Shown here: in pieces, positions 15,464-24,755 of the stretch
Numbering within the stretch: the stretch's first letter is position 1
Layout: each line of letters begins with the position of its first letter
From: a virus
IMG/VR virus record: IMGVR_UViG_3300044826_000112
Direction: 5' to 3' (one strand)
Length of the DNA stretch: 64,000 nucleotides
The notes under the pieces: generated by a model
Database searches by the model: none
What the model was told of the DNA's origin: nothing
Seen by the model: the letters and a program-made list of their open reading frames with translations, nothing else
Translations under genes and position numbers: made by a program

Positions 15464-17056
15464 ATGATCAACATTCAAAACGTCTTCCCCTTTGCAGAAC
15501 CGCGAGATACTCAAATAGATGTCATTGAGCAGATCGACTATCACTTCTCGAGGGGGAAGCGTTTCATCGTCTTGCAGAGTCCAGTTGGCTCGGGTAAGAG
15601 TGCGATTGCTTTAGCTGTGGCTCGCCACTTCCAGAGCTCGTACATCCTGACGCCGAGGAAGTCCCTGCAAGACCAGTACTATGAGGACTTCGGGCAATAC
15701 GTCACCCTGCTGAAGGGTCGTGCAGCCTATCCATGTCCTCGTATCTGTACGGTCACGCAGGAGGATTACGCCATTGTGCAGTCTGGCGGGTCACCTATGA
15801 CGCCGGCAGTTCTGTCCTGTGCACGAGGCCCATGTGTATCGGAGACAGATGTGCCTCGGGAGGACCGGGAGTATGGTCCAGAAGAGTGTGCTCGGGAAGG
15901 GTACCCATGCCCCTACCAGATGGCCCTAGATCGAGCTCTGAGCCATCCGCACGTAGTCTGTAACCTCCACTCCTTCATCTTCCAGGCGGCGTTCCTAGGA
16001 CGCTTCCAGAGGCGTCCTGTGCTGATTATCGATGAGGCCCATGACGTGGAGGGGATCATCCGGGATTTCCTGGACAAGACCTTCTTCTGCTACGGGCAGT
16101 TCTTCGATAACCAGCTAGTAGATGACTTCCCCAACGCGGCATCCATCCGCACTTATCTGCTTAGGCATGCTAAACCGCCGCTCGAGTATGGACGTTCTCG
16201 TGACGACCCTGCTTACCGGGCTAAGGTGGAGGCCTTCGAGGCGAACGTAGCGACCATCACTGACGATTCTTTACGTTACATGGTGGCCACTACGGAAGAG
16301 GACCGCAATGGTACTCGTATCCGCTTCAAGCAGAAGAACATCGGGATGAAGGCTCATGAGTACATGTTCGATATGGCCGATCGAGTGCTCTTGATGTCCG
16401 GCACTATCTATGACCATCGCGAGTACTGTCAGCGTCTTGGCATTAACCCCAACGTTACTGCCTTCATTGACGTCGATAGTGAGTTCCCGTTAGAGACCAG
16501 ACCAATCGTCATTGACCGAAACCTCACGGTCAATACGAGCTTTTCTGACTGGTATAAGAATAATGGGAAGGAAGATGCAATACTTTCACTGCGTGAGGTG
16601 ATGAGGGGCAACCCAGATAAGGGGCTCATACACGCATCTTCCTATGCGATGGCACGCGAACTAGCGGAAGGCCTAGCTGACACTGGACGGGTAATTACAC
16701 ACGAACCCCATGACTTCCAGAGTCAGCTAGAGCTCTTCCGCAACTCGCGTAACGGAGCCGTTTTTATCTCCCCCGTATGTTCCCAAGGCGTAGACTTCAA
16801 ATATGACTACGCAAGATGGCAAGCCATCGTCAGAGTACCGCACCCGAATTACGGGGATCGCCTAGTTTCGTCCATGAGTTTCAACTGGAAAAACTGGGTG
16901 GCATTGGTCACGTTCGGTCAGCAGATCGGACGGATCAACCGTGCTCCTGATGATTTCGGTGTGACTTATCTAATCGACGCTAGATTTGATTCCTGGATTC
17001 GTTCCAACAGAGTCAGACTTCCACGATGGCTACGAGAGGCCATCGAGATTAGATAA
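15464..17056 (+). CDS. DinG/XPD-family helicase
   Basis: Q motif PRDTQ, SPVGSGKS, KGRAAYPC and CPY Fe-S cysteines, IIDEAH, LMSGT, QGVDF, QQIGRINR. Confidence 0.9.
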   Translation: MINIQNVFPFAEPRDTQIDVIEQIDYHFSRGKRFIVLQSPVGSGKSAIALAVARHFQSSYILTPRKSLQDQYYEDFGQYVTLLKGRAAYPCPRICTVTQEDYAIVQSGGSPMTPAVLSCARGPCVSETDVPREDREYGPEECAREGYPCPYQMALDRALSHPHVVCNLHSFIFQAAFLGRFQRRPVLIIDEAHDVEGIIRDFLDKTFFCYGQFFDNQLVDDFPNAASIRTYLLRHAKPPLEYGRSRDDPAYRAKVEAFEANVATITDDSLRYMVATTEEDRNGTRIRFKQKNIGMKAHEYMFDMADRVLLMSGTIYDHREYCQRLGINPNVTAFIDVDSEFPLETRPIVIDRNLTVNTSFSDWYKNNGKEDAILSLREVMRGNPDKGLIHASSYAMARELAEGLADTGRVITHEPHDFQSQLELFRNSRNGAVFISPVCSQGVDFKYDYARWQAIVRVPHPNYGDRLVSSMSFNWKNWVALVTFGQQIGRINRAPDDFGVTYLIDARFDSWIRSNRVRLPRWLREAIEIR

Positions 17057-17062
17057 GGAGAA

Positions 17063-17182
17063 ATGCACATGTCTACTACTTCCATCTGGAATTGGGGCTT
17101 CATGCCCAATGGTGGCGGCAATGGTAATCAACATCAACCAAAACCCACTTCCGGAGGTAGTAGACCGCGACCGAAGAAGTAA
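17063..17182 (+). CDS. Small peptide ORF (39 aa)
   Basis: AAGGAG RBS; MHMSTTSIWNWGFMPNGGGNGNQHQPKPTSGGSRPRPKK; followed by a terminator. Confidence 0.5.
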   Translation: MHMSTTSIWNWGFMPNGGGNGNQHQPKPTSGGSRPRPKK

Positions 17183-17184
17183 TA

Positions 17185-17215
17185 GAGAGGCCTCCGCTTG
17201 GAGGCCTTTTACTCT
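17185..17215. terminator. Terminator between convergent genes
   Basis: AGGCCTCC-GCTT-GGAGGCCT-TTT. Confidence 0.7.
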
Positions 17216-17219
17216 TGGG

Positions 17220-18008
17220 TTACTCTTTTAGGTTTGGGTCTGATTCGAGGATTTGGTAGACACGTTTACGTACATCCCGTACGTACTCAGCGGTCACTTC
17301 TGGATCGTTAAGGATCTCGACGATCTCGAGAGGTCTTTTCTCCACGCCGTCTTCAATACCGAACAGCATGATGGCAATGTGGCAATCTCGCGGAGGAAGC
17401 TCCTTCAGCTTGCCCATAATGTATGCCTCCATATTGTCTTGCTCTACAAGCTCAAATGGATTGTCTTCAGGCATATCAGTCGGGTTCATCTCTTCGAAGT
17501 AGAAGGTCAGATATTGGGTTTGACTGAGTTCATTGAGATCCTTCACCGGTACGTTAGGGAACTCCTTCTGCAGATCTCGCAGCGGTGGATGGCGTTCGCA
17601 CGAATCCATGTAGCGTTTGATCTTGGCGGCCAGTTGCTGTTTCTGCGTGGGCAGTGACACAAGACGCCATCTCGACATCTCCTTGAGCTGACGCTGCATG
17701 ACCCACCATCCAGAGTACGTCAAAAGTCTGACGCCTGAGTTCGGATCATACTTATCCAGACCGACAATGAGCCCTTCGTTTCCCACTGCGATCAGCTCTT
17801 CGAGTTGGTCTGCATTACCTTTGGCGTACTTCTTTGCCTTCTTAAAGACGTAGCGTAGGTTGGCGTTGATCAGGCGATCTCGGACAACCTTCTTCCTGGT
17901 AGGGGAAACATCGGGGTCAAAGTACTCGCCTAGTAGAACTTGCTCCTCCTCCTTACTTAGAGGGGGATGCTTTCGATAAATCTCTTCGTAATATTGTGAT
18001 AATTCCAT
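17220..18008 (-). CDS. Phage sigma70-family RNA polymerase sigma factor
   Basis: Region 1.2 (YYEEI..HPPLSKEEE), region 2 (RLINANLRYVFKKAKKY; ELIAVGNEGLIVGLDKYDPNSGVRLLTYSGWW), region 4-like LPPRD...FGIEDG...VTAEYVRDV. Confidence 0.9.
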   Translation of the reverse strand: MELSQYYEEIYRKHPPLSKEEEQVLLGEYFDPDVSPTRKKVVRDRLINANLRYVFKKAKKYAKGNADQLEELIAVGNEGLIVGLDKYDPNSGVRLLTYSGWWVMQRQLKEMSRWRLVSLPTQKQQLAAKIKRYMDSCERHPPLRDLQKEFPNVPVKDLNELSQTQYLTFYFEEMNPTDMPEDNPFELVEQDNMEAYIMGKLKELPPRDCHIAIMLFGIEDGVEKRPLEIVEILNDPEVTAEYVRDVRKRVYQILESDPNLKE

Positions 18009-18079
18009 GGTGGCTTGATCTCCGATGACCAAGCGTATAGTATCTACCCGGACATGTTTAGTCAAACAAAGGAGTTTAC

Positions 18080-18301
18080 ATGATCAAGGTAACTGCACGC
18101 CAACTAGATAACGGAATTGTCCGTTTGACCTTCCAAAGCAACTCTCCTGAGGCTGATAAAGATCAGCTGGATCTTATCGGAGCATCAGTCGTCAATGCCG
18201 AATACGTTCGTCGTGGTGGCTTTTCCATCTCTACACCTGGTACGCTAACTATCGAAGCCCTCGATACGACCTTTTCAACAAAAACGCATACGGAGGTATA
18301 A
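18080..18301 (+). CDS. Hypothetical protein
   Basis: AAGGAG RBS, 73 aa. Confidence 0.75.
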   Translation: MIKVTARQLDNGIVRLTFQSNSPEADKDQLDLIGASVVNAEYVRRGGFSISTPGTLTIEALDTTFSTKTHTEV

Positions 18302-18306
18302 CTACT

Positions 18307-18480
18307 ATGGAGAAATCGGGATCTGTCACGCTGACGATGACTCCGGAGGACTGGTCTTATTTCGAAAAAGGCCTAGTATCTCCGCGAATTCACCGTGATT
18401 GGGGATTGACTTTTAGTGAGCTTCGAGCTATGATCCAAGCACAATCTGACAACACGAAACCTCAAGAGGTAAATATCTAA
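18307..18480 (+). CDS. Small hypothetical protein (57 aa)
   Basis: GGAGG upstream; MEKSGSVTLTMTPEDWSYFEKG...; stop abuts the SSB start. Confidence 0.5.
   Translation: MEKSGSVTLTMTPEDWSYFEKGLVSPRIHRDWGLTFSELRAMIQAQSDNTKPQEVNI
18406..18434 (+). promoter_or_regulatory. Host sigma70-type promoter upstream of SSB
   Basis: TTGACT-N17-TATGAT. Confidence 0.55.
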
Positions 18481-19146
18481 ATGGCTGAACAACAGAAGTA
18501 CCCCCGCGTTAAGCTGCCGAAGTCTACTCTGTCCTGGGCTTACCTGGTAAACCCTGACACCAAGTTCAACGAACTGGGTGACTTCAAGGCTAACGCCACC
18601 GTGCCTGGTGAAATCGGTAAAGCTTTCATTGCTGAAGTCCTGCAGCCTCTGCTGGATGCCGCTCTGGTGGAAGCTCAAGAAGAAGCCAAGTCCAAAGCTA
18701 CCGGCGGCCGCAAGCCGAAGGAAGTTCGCATCTCCGAGTTCCTCCCTTGGGAAGAGCTGGAAAACGGCGACATCATGTTCAAGGTCAAGCGTAAGGCCAA
18801 GATCGTGAAAGACGACGGCTCCGTTCAGGAGTTCCGCGTTGATCTGATCAAGCCGGATCGCAAGATCTTCACCGAAGAAGAAAAGGCTGCACTGAACATC
18901 GGCAACGGTACCATCGGTATCCCGCTTGTCACTGTTGTTCCGTACAACATGCCGACTCAAGGTGTTGGTCTGACTCTGCGTCTCGAGAAGATGCAGCTGC
19001 TGGAAATCAAGGAATACAGCCGTGACTCCGATAACGAGTTCGACGACGAATCCGGTGAGTACGAAGTGCCCGTAGTGGCAACTGGTGCTCCGGCCGGTGA
19101 TTCCGAGTTCCAGGATGAAGAAGCCGGTCAAGGCTACACCGTCTAA
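18481..19146 (+). CDS. Single-stranded DNA-binding protein (T7 gp2.5-like)
   Basis: WAYLVNPDTKFN..GDFK, IGNGT, GVGLTLRLEKMQLLEIKEY, acidic C-terminal tail with an aromatic residue near the end. Confidence 0.85.
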   Translation: MAEQQKYPRVKLPKSTLSWAYLVNPDTKFNELGDFKANATVPGEIGKAFIAEVLQPLLDAALVEAQEEAKSKATGGRKPKEVRISEFLPWEELENGDIMFKVKRKAKIVKDDGSVQEFRVDLIKPDRKIFTEEEKAALNIGNGTIGIPLVTVVPYNMPTQGVGLTLRLEKMQLLEIKEYSRDSDNEFDDESGEYEVPVVATGAPAGDSEFQDEEAGQGYTV

Positions 19147-19165
19147 CTTTAGGTTAGGCTGTGAG

Positions 19166-19192
19166 AAGGGGGCGATGAGCCCCCTTTGTTTT
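19166..19192 (+). terminator. Rho-independent terminator
   Basis: AAGGGGGCGATGAGCCCCCTTTGTTTT. Confidence 0.75.
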
Positions 19193-19202
19193 AGGAGTAA
19201 AC

Positions 19203-20102
19203 ATGGACCTATCCTACCTTGCGGACGCACCGGTACTTGCTGAGATTACGCCGGAAGCCCTAGGGCCCTGGTCTCCATCTCGGATGAAGTGCCTTGAGAA
19301 ATGTCCACTTCAGTTCTACCTCAAGTACATCGCTAAAGTAAGCATCCCGGATGAAGAAATGGGCGATGTGGATACGCTTAACCGAGACATCGGTACAGCA
19401 GCCCACCTGGTCATTGAGTTGATGATCCAGAAGAACCTCACCGCTAATGACGCATTCGATATGGTGAAGCACATCTATCGGACTCGCTTTAACGAGGAGG
19501 AAATGGAGTACTTCGAAGGTCTACGGCAGACCATCCGTGAGTTCAAGTATTGGCTGTTCCAACTTGAAGAGTCCAGACCAGAAGGTCGAATCAAGGATGC
19601 CATTGCAGAGCTGGAGTTAGCGGTCGACAAGAACTTCTTGCCGGTGCCTTATGATTCTCCCAAAGCATTCCTGCGTGGCAGTATCGACTTGAAGCTGGAT
19701 TTCTTCGATGGTGGTCGCATTCTGCTTGACCATAAGCACGGGGGGAACCCTGCCTTCGGCATCAAGTACCACATGCCTCAACTCAACATCTACACGCTGC
19801 TTGCTCACTTCGGCCATGAAGCTTGCAAGTACTCATCTTCCGGGATCAACTTCCTCCGTCAAGCAGGCCGTACTATCAGCCCTACAGCTCACCGCGACGA
19901 GATTGAGAAGGTTCTGACCGTGTGGTTCCATAACCGCATGAAGAAGATGTTCGACGCCATCTATGATGCCGGCGAGATGTTCTACAAGCGTAGCAGTATG
20001 TGTCAGTATTGTGAGTTCCAGGCGATGTGTACTAACGGTAAACGAGGGACCTCTGGTGAACTGCATAACCTGCAGATCGCTACGAGAGTACTCTTCAGCT
20101 AA
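19203..20102 (+). CDS. PD-(D/E)XK exonuclease (RecB/Cas4-like)
   Basis: WSPSRM..CPLQFY, GTAAH, LRGSIDL, LLDHKHG, QLNIY, C-terminal CQYCEFQAMC. Confidence 0.85.
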   Translation: MDLSYLADAPVLAEITPEALGPWSPSRMKCLEKCPLQFYLKYIAKVSIPDEEMGDVDTLNRDIGTAAHLVIELMIQKNLTANDAFDMVKHIYRTRFNEEEMEYFEGLRQTIREFKYWLFQLEESRPEGRIKDAIAELELAVDKNFLPVPYDSPKAFLRGSIDLKLDFFDGGRILLDHKHGGNPAFGIKYHMPQLNIYTLLAHFGHEACKYSSSGINFLRQAGRTISPTAHRDEIEKVLTVWFHNRMKKMFDAIYDAGEMFYKRSSMCQYCEFQAMCTNGKRGTSGELHNLQIATRVLFS

Positions 20103-20114
20103 AACAAAGGAGGC

Positions 20115-21071
20115 CTAGGCCTCCTTTTTAGCTTCCAAGATGCAATCTAAGCACTTATGACTGATAACCCCTACTTTGAGATAGAATTCATCCACCGCTG
20201 ATAGGAATTCTGGCTCTAGAAGTTCTGCATACTGATGACACTTATCTCGATACATAAAGTACGGCATGCTGATAACTCTATGGGCCACAGCTTCTATGTG
20301 TAGAGCAACCTTAGGTTTAGACCAAGGCTTCAATCCTCCAGCGAAATGAACGACGCCAACATCTCCATTAACCGCTTTGAAAAGCATGAGAAGGGAGTAG
20401 TTGATGTGATTAGCTGCCCTAGATCTTGGGTCGCCGAAGTAGTTGTATCTACTGCTCAGAAGTGTGACGTCTTCTTTTAGCTTACGGAACAGATACTCTT
20501 GATCCGGCAGTAGGAATTCCTTGAATCCATATCGATCTGGAGTTAACCCCTCTGGATACTTCCTTCTAACCTGCTCGAGATCTACTAGCATCAATCCGCT
20601 GTTGAAGGTGGCGAAAGGATCTTTGTACACATACATATAGGCGGAGTCTGCCGCATACATAGAGTTGCTGGCTGGACCGATATCTCTAACGGCCCCTAGC
20701 GTACGGCCTTGAAGATCTACGTTCCAAATGTCTAGAAGAGATGGGCGTAGAACCATATCTGCATCAAGATATAGCACCTTATCCACACCTCTAGCTGCCA
20801 ACTCATCTATAGCCAAGATCCTCATGACTAATGGGTTGGGGTCGCCGTAGATTATAGGCACATCCGCATGGAACTCGAAATCCCGATACTCTATGTGCAT
20901 AGTCTCAATGCAACTCTTGCCGAATTTATCCCGCACATAGGACTCTAAGTCGTCACTGGATGTGGCCAAGTAGATGTAGGCAGAGGGGTCCACCTCCATG
21001 ATATTGGCCATTAGAAGAACTACTTGGTTTCTCCAATTCCAGTCTGATGTGACCAGGTACCGTCTAGTCAT
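20115..21071 (-). CDS. Glycosyltransferase family 8
   Basis: VLYLDADMV, FNSGLMLVDL, PDQEYL, HFAGGLKPW. Confidence 0.9.
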   Translation of the reverse strand: MTRRYLVTSDWNWRNQVVLLMANIMEVDPSAYIYLATSSDDLESYVRDKFGKSCIETMHIEYRDFEFHADVPIIYGDPNPLVMRILAIDELAARGVDKVLYLDADMVLRPSLLDIWNVDLQGRTLGAVRDIGPASNSMYAADSAYMYVYKDPFATFNSGLMLVDLEQVRRKYPEGLTPDRYGFKEFLLPDQEYLFRKLKEDVTLLSSRYNYFGDPRSRAANHINYSLLMLFKAVNGDVGVVHFAGGLKPWSKPKVALHIEAVAHRVISMPYFMYRDKCHQYAELLEPEFLSAVDEFYLKVGVISHKCLDCILEAKKEA

Positions 21072-22150
21072 ACCTGGGCATCCATGTAGGTCGTAACGTC
21101 TTCAAACTTCTTCATTACCCTTAGGTCTCTGGGATGAGTCATCTTGTGGATGGCCGACAAGACTGACTTATTGACGTCCGCAGTCATCTCACCCTTCATC
21201 ATCTTATTCCAGTAGTACTTGAGGTACGTCAGACGCACATCATCGATGTCATCCCGTAGCTGCGGTACGAAGTGTACCGGATACTCCAAGGAGGCGATGT
21301 TGAAGCGGAACTGCTTGCCAAACTCAGAGTACAGGAACTCGATGTAGTCAGGCAGGTCGTGGGCGTTCATATTGCTCATCGTGAAGTGCGATTCGCAGTA
21401 GATACCCAGACGCTGGCAGAGGGCTACGTTCTTGGCGATCAGGTCGTTCTTCACCTTTACACGGATCTTCTCGTTCACCTCAGGAGAGCCATCAATGGAG
21501 AACGTGATGGTAATACGGCAGGCGTTGTCCCTCAAGATGGGGAACACACGATGCTTCTCAATGTCCACAGAACCGTTGCTCAGGAAGGAGACAGTAGCGT
21601 TGGTGCGGGTAATCACCTGCTCGACGATGTCATAGATGTCACGAGTCATGAACGGCTCACCTCCATACAGGATTACCTGCTTGGGGTTCGACTTGATGAT
21701 ATGCTCGAGGTCACTACGGTGTTGCTTGTACGGCTCATAGTCTTGACGTACCGGGATGATGAGCTCAGGGAAGATCTTCTCGAACATGTCGCTGTACGAG
21801 TTATCGCAGGTACGGCACGCCAAGTTGCACTTGTTGCCTAGGAAGTAGAAGATCTGGCCAGGCTGAGCTGCAACTTCACCAGTCTCAGGGTTGTAGCCGA
21901 CTTCCTTCACGACGTTCATAGTCGGAGAGTAGGTGTGGTCACCAGTATCACCAGACGCCATGCACTTCTTGCAGTCATCTGGCACATCGCCTGACAGCAT
22001 CTGTTTGCGGAAGTTCTTCAGGTACTCTGAGTTCCACCATTCGTCTACGCTATCCATAGACTGAGGGGTCGCCCGGCGAGAGCAGCATGGACGGAAACCA
22101 TCCGGCTTCACCGAGAAGACGTAAAACGGGGCACTGCATAGTGGGATCAT
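21068..22150 (-). CDS. Radical SAM protein with an N-terminal twitch/SPASM-like domain
   Basis: N-terminal C..PF...DG.RPCC...WWNSEYLKNFRKQMLSG...CKKC; CNLACRTC cluster motif; GGEPF; SIDG. Confidence 0.9.
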   Translation of the reverse strand: MIPLCSAPFYVFSVKPDGFRPCCSRRATPQSMDSVDEWWNSEYLKNFRKQMLSGDVPDDCKKCMASGDTGDHTYSPTMNVVKEVGYNPETGEVAAQPGQIFYFLGNKCNLACRTCDNSYSDMFEKIFPELIIPVRQDYEPYKQHRSDLEHIIKSNPKQVILYGGEPFMTRDIYDIVEQVITRTNATVSFLSNGSVDIEKHRVFPILRDNACRITITFSIDGSPEVNEKIRVKVKNDLIAKNVALCQRLGIYCESHFTMSNMNAHDLPDYIEFLYSEFGKQFRFNIASLEYPVHFVPQLRDDIDDVRLTYLKYYWNKMMKGEMTADVNKSVLSAIHKMTHPRDLRVMKKFEDVTTYMDAQV

Positions 22151-23103
22151 TCTAATAAGTCTCCTACGATACGCCCGATAAAGGCGTAGTTATCATGATT
22201 GTCACGGCAAGCGTACAGGAACCTAGTGTCGATACAGCCTACCTCTTCGACAGCCTCGTTGCATGCCTTATAGTACACATCGTATCGGATGTGGGCAAAT
22301 ACCTCTCTCGGGATGGCTCCTGTGAATGCCACCCAAGGCTTAAGCTTACCTGCAAAGTGCATCACCCGGGCGGTGTGATAGGCAGCCACTCGGTCCTGCA
22401 GTAGGGTCACTGCACTCATAGCCTCTGCGACCAACAGCTCTGGCATCCAGTTGAACACTCTGGGCAGGATCACTGTAGGCTTCCTGGACAAGATCTTGTT
22501 CAGATAGTCTTGATCTGGAAGGATCCAGCGACCGTCATACGACTCGATGAACCCATTGGCAATTCCCTGTGGGAAATCCTGCCGGATGAGGTCTAAGTTG
22601 AGCATCATTACGCCACTATTGAAGTAGTTACGATTGAGGCTCATACGGCGGTTCCAGTCGAAATGCTTGCGGTACAGATTCGGCATCTCTTGGACTCTCT
22701 GGTAATCCAGAGCAGCAGCCACATACGAGTTGTCTAACGGGGCATTCCAGATTCCAGCCAGGCTCGTTCTGACAACGATATCACTATCTAAATAGAATAG
22801 CCGAGAGACGTCTGGTCTATGCTCGGCTAGGTAATCGATAGCCTTGAGTCTCAAGCACATTCCTTCCACTTCAATCGGGCAGAAGTAACTATTTGGGAAC
22901 CAAGAGGTATCGTTGGGTTCCAACAGGACGACTGACACCTTGTACTTGCTGAGTACTTCCTTGTACTTAAGGGCATTCTGCGTGGCGGTGGTAGCGAATA
23001 CCATCACCTCATCATCGGGGTTGTGCCGCAGGTAACTGTTGATAGTCACCACGCCTTGATTCAGATACGCACCGTTGATGGTAAAGATTGTCAGACGTCC
23101 CAT
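22147..23103 (-). CDS. Glycosyltransferase family 8
   Basis: FYLDSDIVV, YFNSGVMMLNL, PDQDYLN, HFAGKLKPW. Confidence 0.92.
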   Translation of the reverse strand: MGRLTIFTINGAYLNQGVVTINSYLRHNPDDEVMVFATTATQNALKYKEVLSKYKVSVVLLEPNDTSWFPNSYFCPIEVEGMCLRLKAIDYLAEHRPDVSRLFYLDSDIVVRTSLAGIWNAPLDNSYVAAALDYQRVQEMPNLYRKHFDWNRRMSLNRNYFNSGVMMLNLDLIRQDFPQGIANGFIESYDGRWILPDQDYLNKILSRKPTVILPRVFNWMPELLVAEAMSAVTLLQDRVAAYHTARVMHFAGKLKPWVAFTGAIPREVFAHIRYDVYYKACNEAVEEVGCIDTRFLYACRDNHDNYAFIGRIVGDLLE

Positions 23104-23106
23104 TGC

Positions 23107-24054
23107 TTACTCCATGTAATCTCTCAAGAACTTGCCTACGAAAGAGTTCAGATCTGCGTTCACTTGGACTTGGCCTACGAATGTGTTGCACAGCTTCACA
23201 TCAGAGACCAGCAGGCGCTTGACGATAGCGTAGTACACGTCATAGCGGATGGTTCCTGCCCGCTCATCTGGGATGAGACGAGGTTGAGACCATGGCTTCA
23301 GTCTGCCTGCATAGTGATACAGGAGAGCGTTAGAGCCCAAGTCTCGCTGACCAATCAGCATGGAGCTCGACATCTGGCGGAACATCTGGATCTCCGGCAT
23401 GAAGTTGAAGATCCGCGGCATGATCAGAGTCGGAGTGTTCTCCGAGAACACCATGTTCAGGTAATCCTGGTCATCTTGCTTCCAGCTTGGGTCGTAGCGA
23501 TCCTTGAAGCCTTGCTCAAGTTTGCCTTTGAACACTTCGCGGATACGCGGCATGTTCAGCAGCATGACTCCACTGTTGAAGTAGTTGTCATTGATATCCA
23601 ATCTGCGGTCCCAATCCGGGTGCAACTTGTACAGGTGCTCCAGTTCAGGCAGAGCTGGGTAGTCCAGAGCAGCAGCCACAAGGGAATTCCGCAGAGGTGC
23701 TGCCCATACGCTTGCCATGGGACGCATACAGACGGTATCGGAATCCAGATACAACGCCAGACGTACGTCAGGCATCTGAGTGTCGATGTAGTCGATAGCA
23801 GCCAGGCGTAGCAGGGCTCCATTGACCTCGTCCGGTGCGAAGACCGAACTCTTATGCCAAGAGCTGTCCATAGGGGTGAGCACTTGGGTTTCAATCTCAA
23901 TCTTTCCGAGATCTGCTTTGAACTTCTCGGCATCCACATCGGGCGTGTGGAACACCATTACTGGGATACTTGGATTGACCTTCTTAAAGGAGGCCACTGC
24001 GACTTTGGCAGGTTCCAAGTACAGATTGTTAATGCAGAAGAAGGTTAAGTTCAT
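23107..24054 (-). CDS. Glycosyltransferase family 8
   Basis: LYLDSDTV, YFNSGVMLLNM, DDQDYLN, HYAGRLKPW; close paralog of 22147..23103. Confidence 0.92.
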   Translation of the reverse strand: MNLTFFCINNLYLEPAKVAVASFKKVNPSIPVMVFHTPDVDAEKFKADLGKIEIETQVLTPMDSSWHKSSVFAPDEVNGALLRLAAIDYIDTQMPDVRLALYLDSDTVCMRPMASVWAAPLRNSLVAAALDYPALPELEHLYKLHPDWDRRLDINDNYFNSGVMLLNMPRIREVFKGKLEQGFKDRYDPSWKQDDQDYLNMVFSENTPTLIMPRIFNFMPEIQMFRQMSSSMLIGQRDLGSNALLYHYAGRLKPWSQPRLIPDERAGTIRYDVYYAIVKRLLVSDVKLCNTFVGQVQVNADLNSFVGKFLRDYME

Positions 24055-24755
24055 CGTAAGACTTTCCTTAAGTGGTTCGAACGGTCATTAAAGTATCGGT
24101 ACACATGATAATCCAATACTCCTCGAAAATCTTGTGATAATAGCTGTCTGACCCTTCTTTTTAGCCCCTCCGGCAGCGGGACGTCCTTGAACATCTCTCC
24201 GGAGATCATCAATCGCTGTACCGAAGAGTCGTGGTGCACGAAGTCCCGGTAACCCAACGCAAAGGCTTGCAGCATAAAGAAGAAGCACTCGTTGTAGTTA
24301 TGGCGGCCTACCGTGAACGACTCCATGACTTCCCGTGCCATTTTGGTACGGAAGATCTGGCAGCTACAGGCCGTCAGGAAGGCCCTTGAGAGCTCGTCTA
24401 CGACGACGCTGCCGTTGAAGACTCTAGGTATCAGCTGGTACATGTCGTGGCCTCCTGGAGCGTCGTAGGCGTCCTCAGAGAGGTAATCGTCCGCATCCAG
24501 GAAGTGTACGTACTCGGTGTCGACATGTGCCAACCCTTCACGTCTAGTCTCCCACTGCCCTAAGTTCTGCTCCCGATAGATCAGCTTCTTGACGTTGCTT
24601 TGATCGATCAATGGGAGCAGGTCAGGATCTCCACTATCAACAATGACAATGTTATTGCCAGATGGAATTCGAGATAGTGTTTCGTTAAGAGCGTAGAGAC
24701 GGTCTTGCTGAAGGAGAACCGGTACGATAGTCGTGATAGAATCTTTGATAAGCAT
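24051..24755 (-). CDS. Glycosyltransferase family 2-like
   Basis: TTIVPV, IVIVDSG, QNLGQWETRREGL, EYVHFLDADDYL. Confidence 0.8.
   Translation of the reverse strand: MLIKDSITTIVPVLLQQDRLYALNETLSRIPSGNNIVIVDSGDPDLLPLIDQSNVKKLIYREQNLGQWETRREGLAHVDTEYVHFLDADDYLSEDAYDAPGGHDMYQLIPRVFNGSVVVDELSRAFLTACSCQIFRTKMAREVMESFTVGRHNYNECFFFMLQAFALGYRDFVHHDSSVQRLMISGEMFKDVPLPEGLKRRVRQLLSQDFRGVLDYHVYRYFNDRSNHLRKVLR

Noticed and set aside
16551-16558. GGTATAAG inside the DinG coding region
   Set aside because: Mid-gene (W-Y-K codons) with no nearby downstream start; treated as a chance match
17084-17101. WNW in the 39-aa peptide as a darobactin-like RiPP core for the radical SAM enzyme
   Set aside because: Only three residues match, there is no leader before it, and it lies on the other strand 4 kb from the rSAM gene
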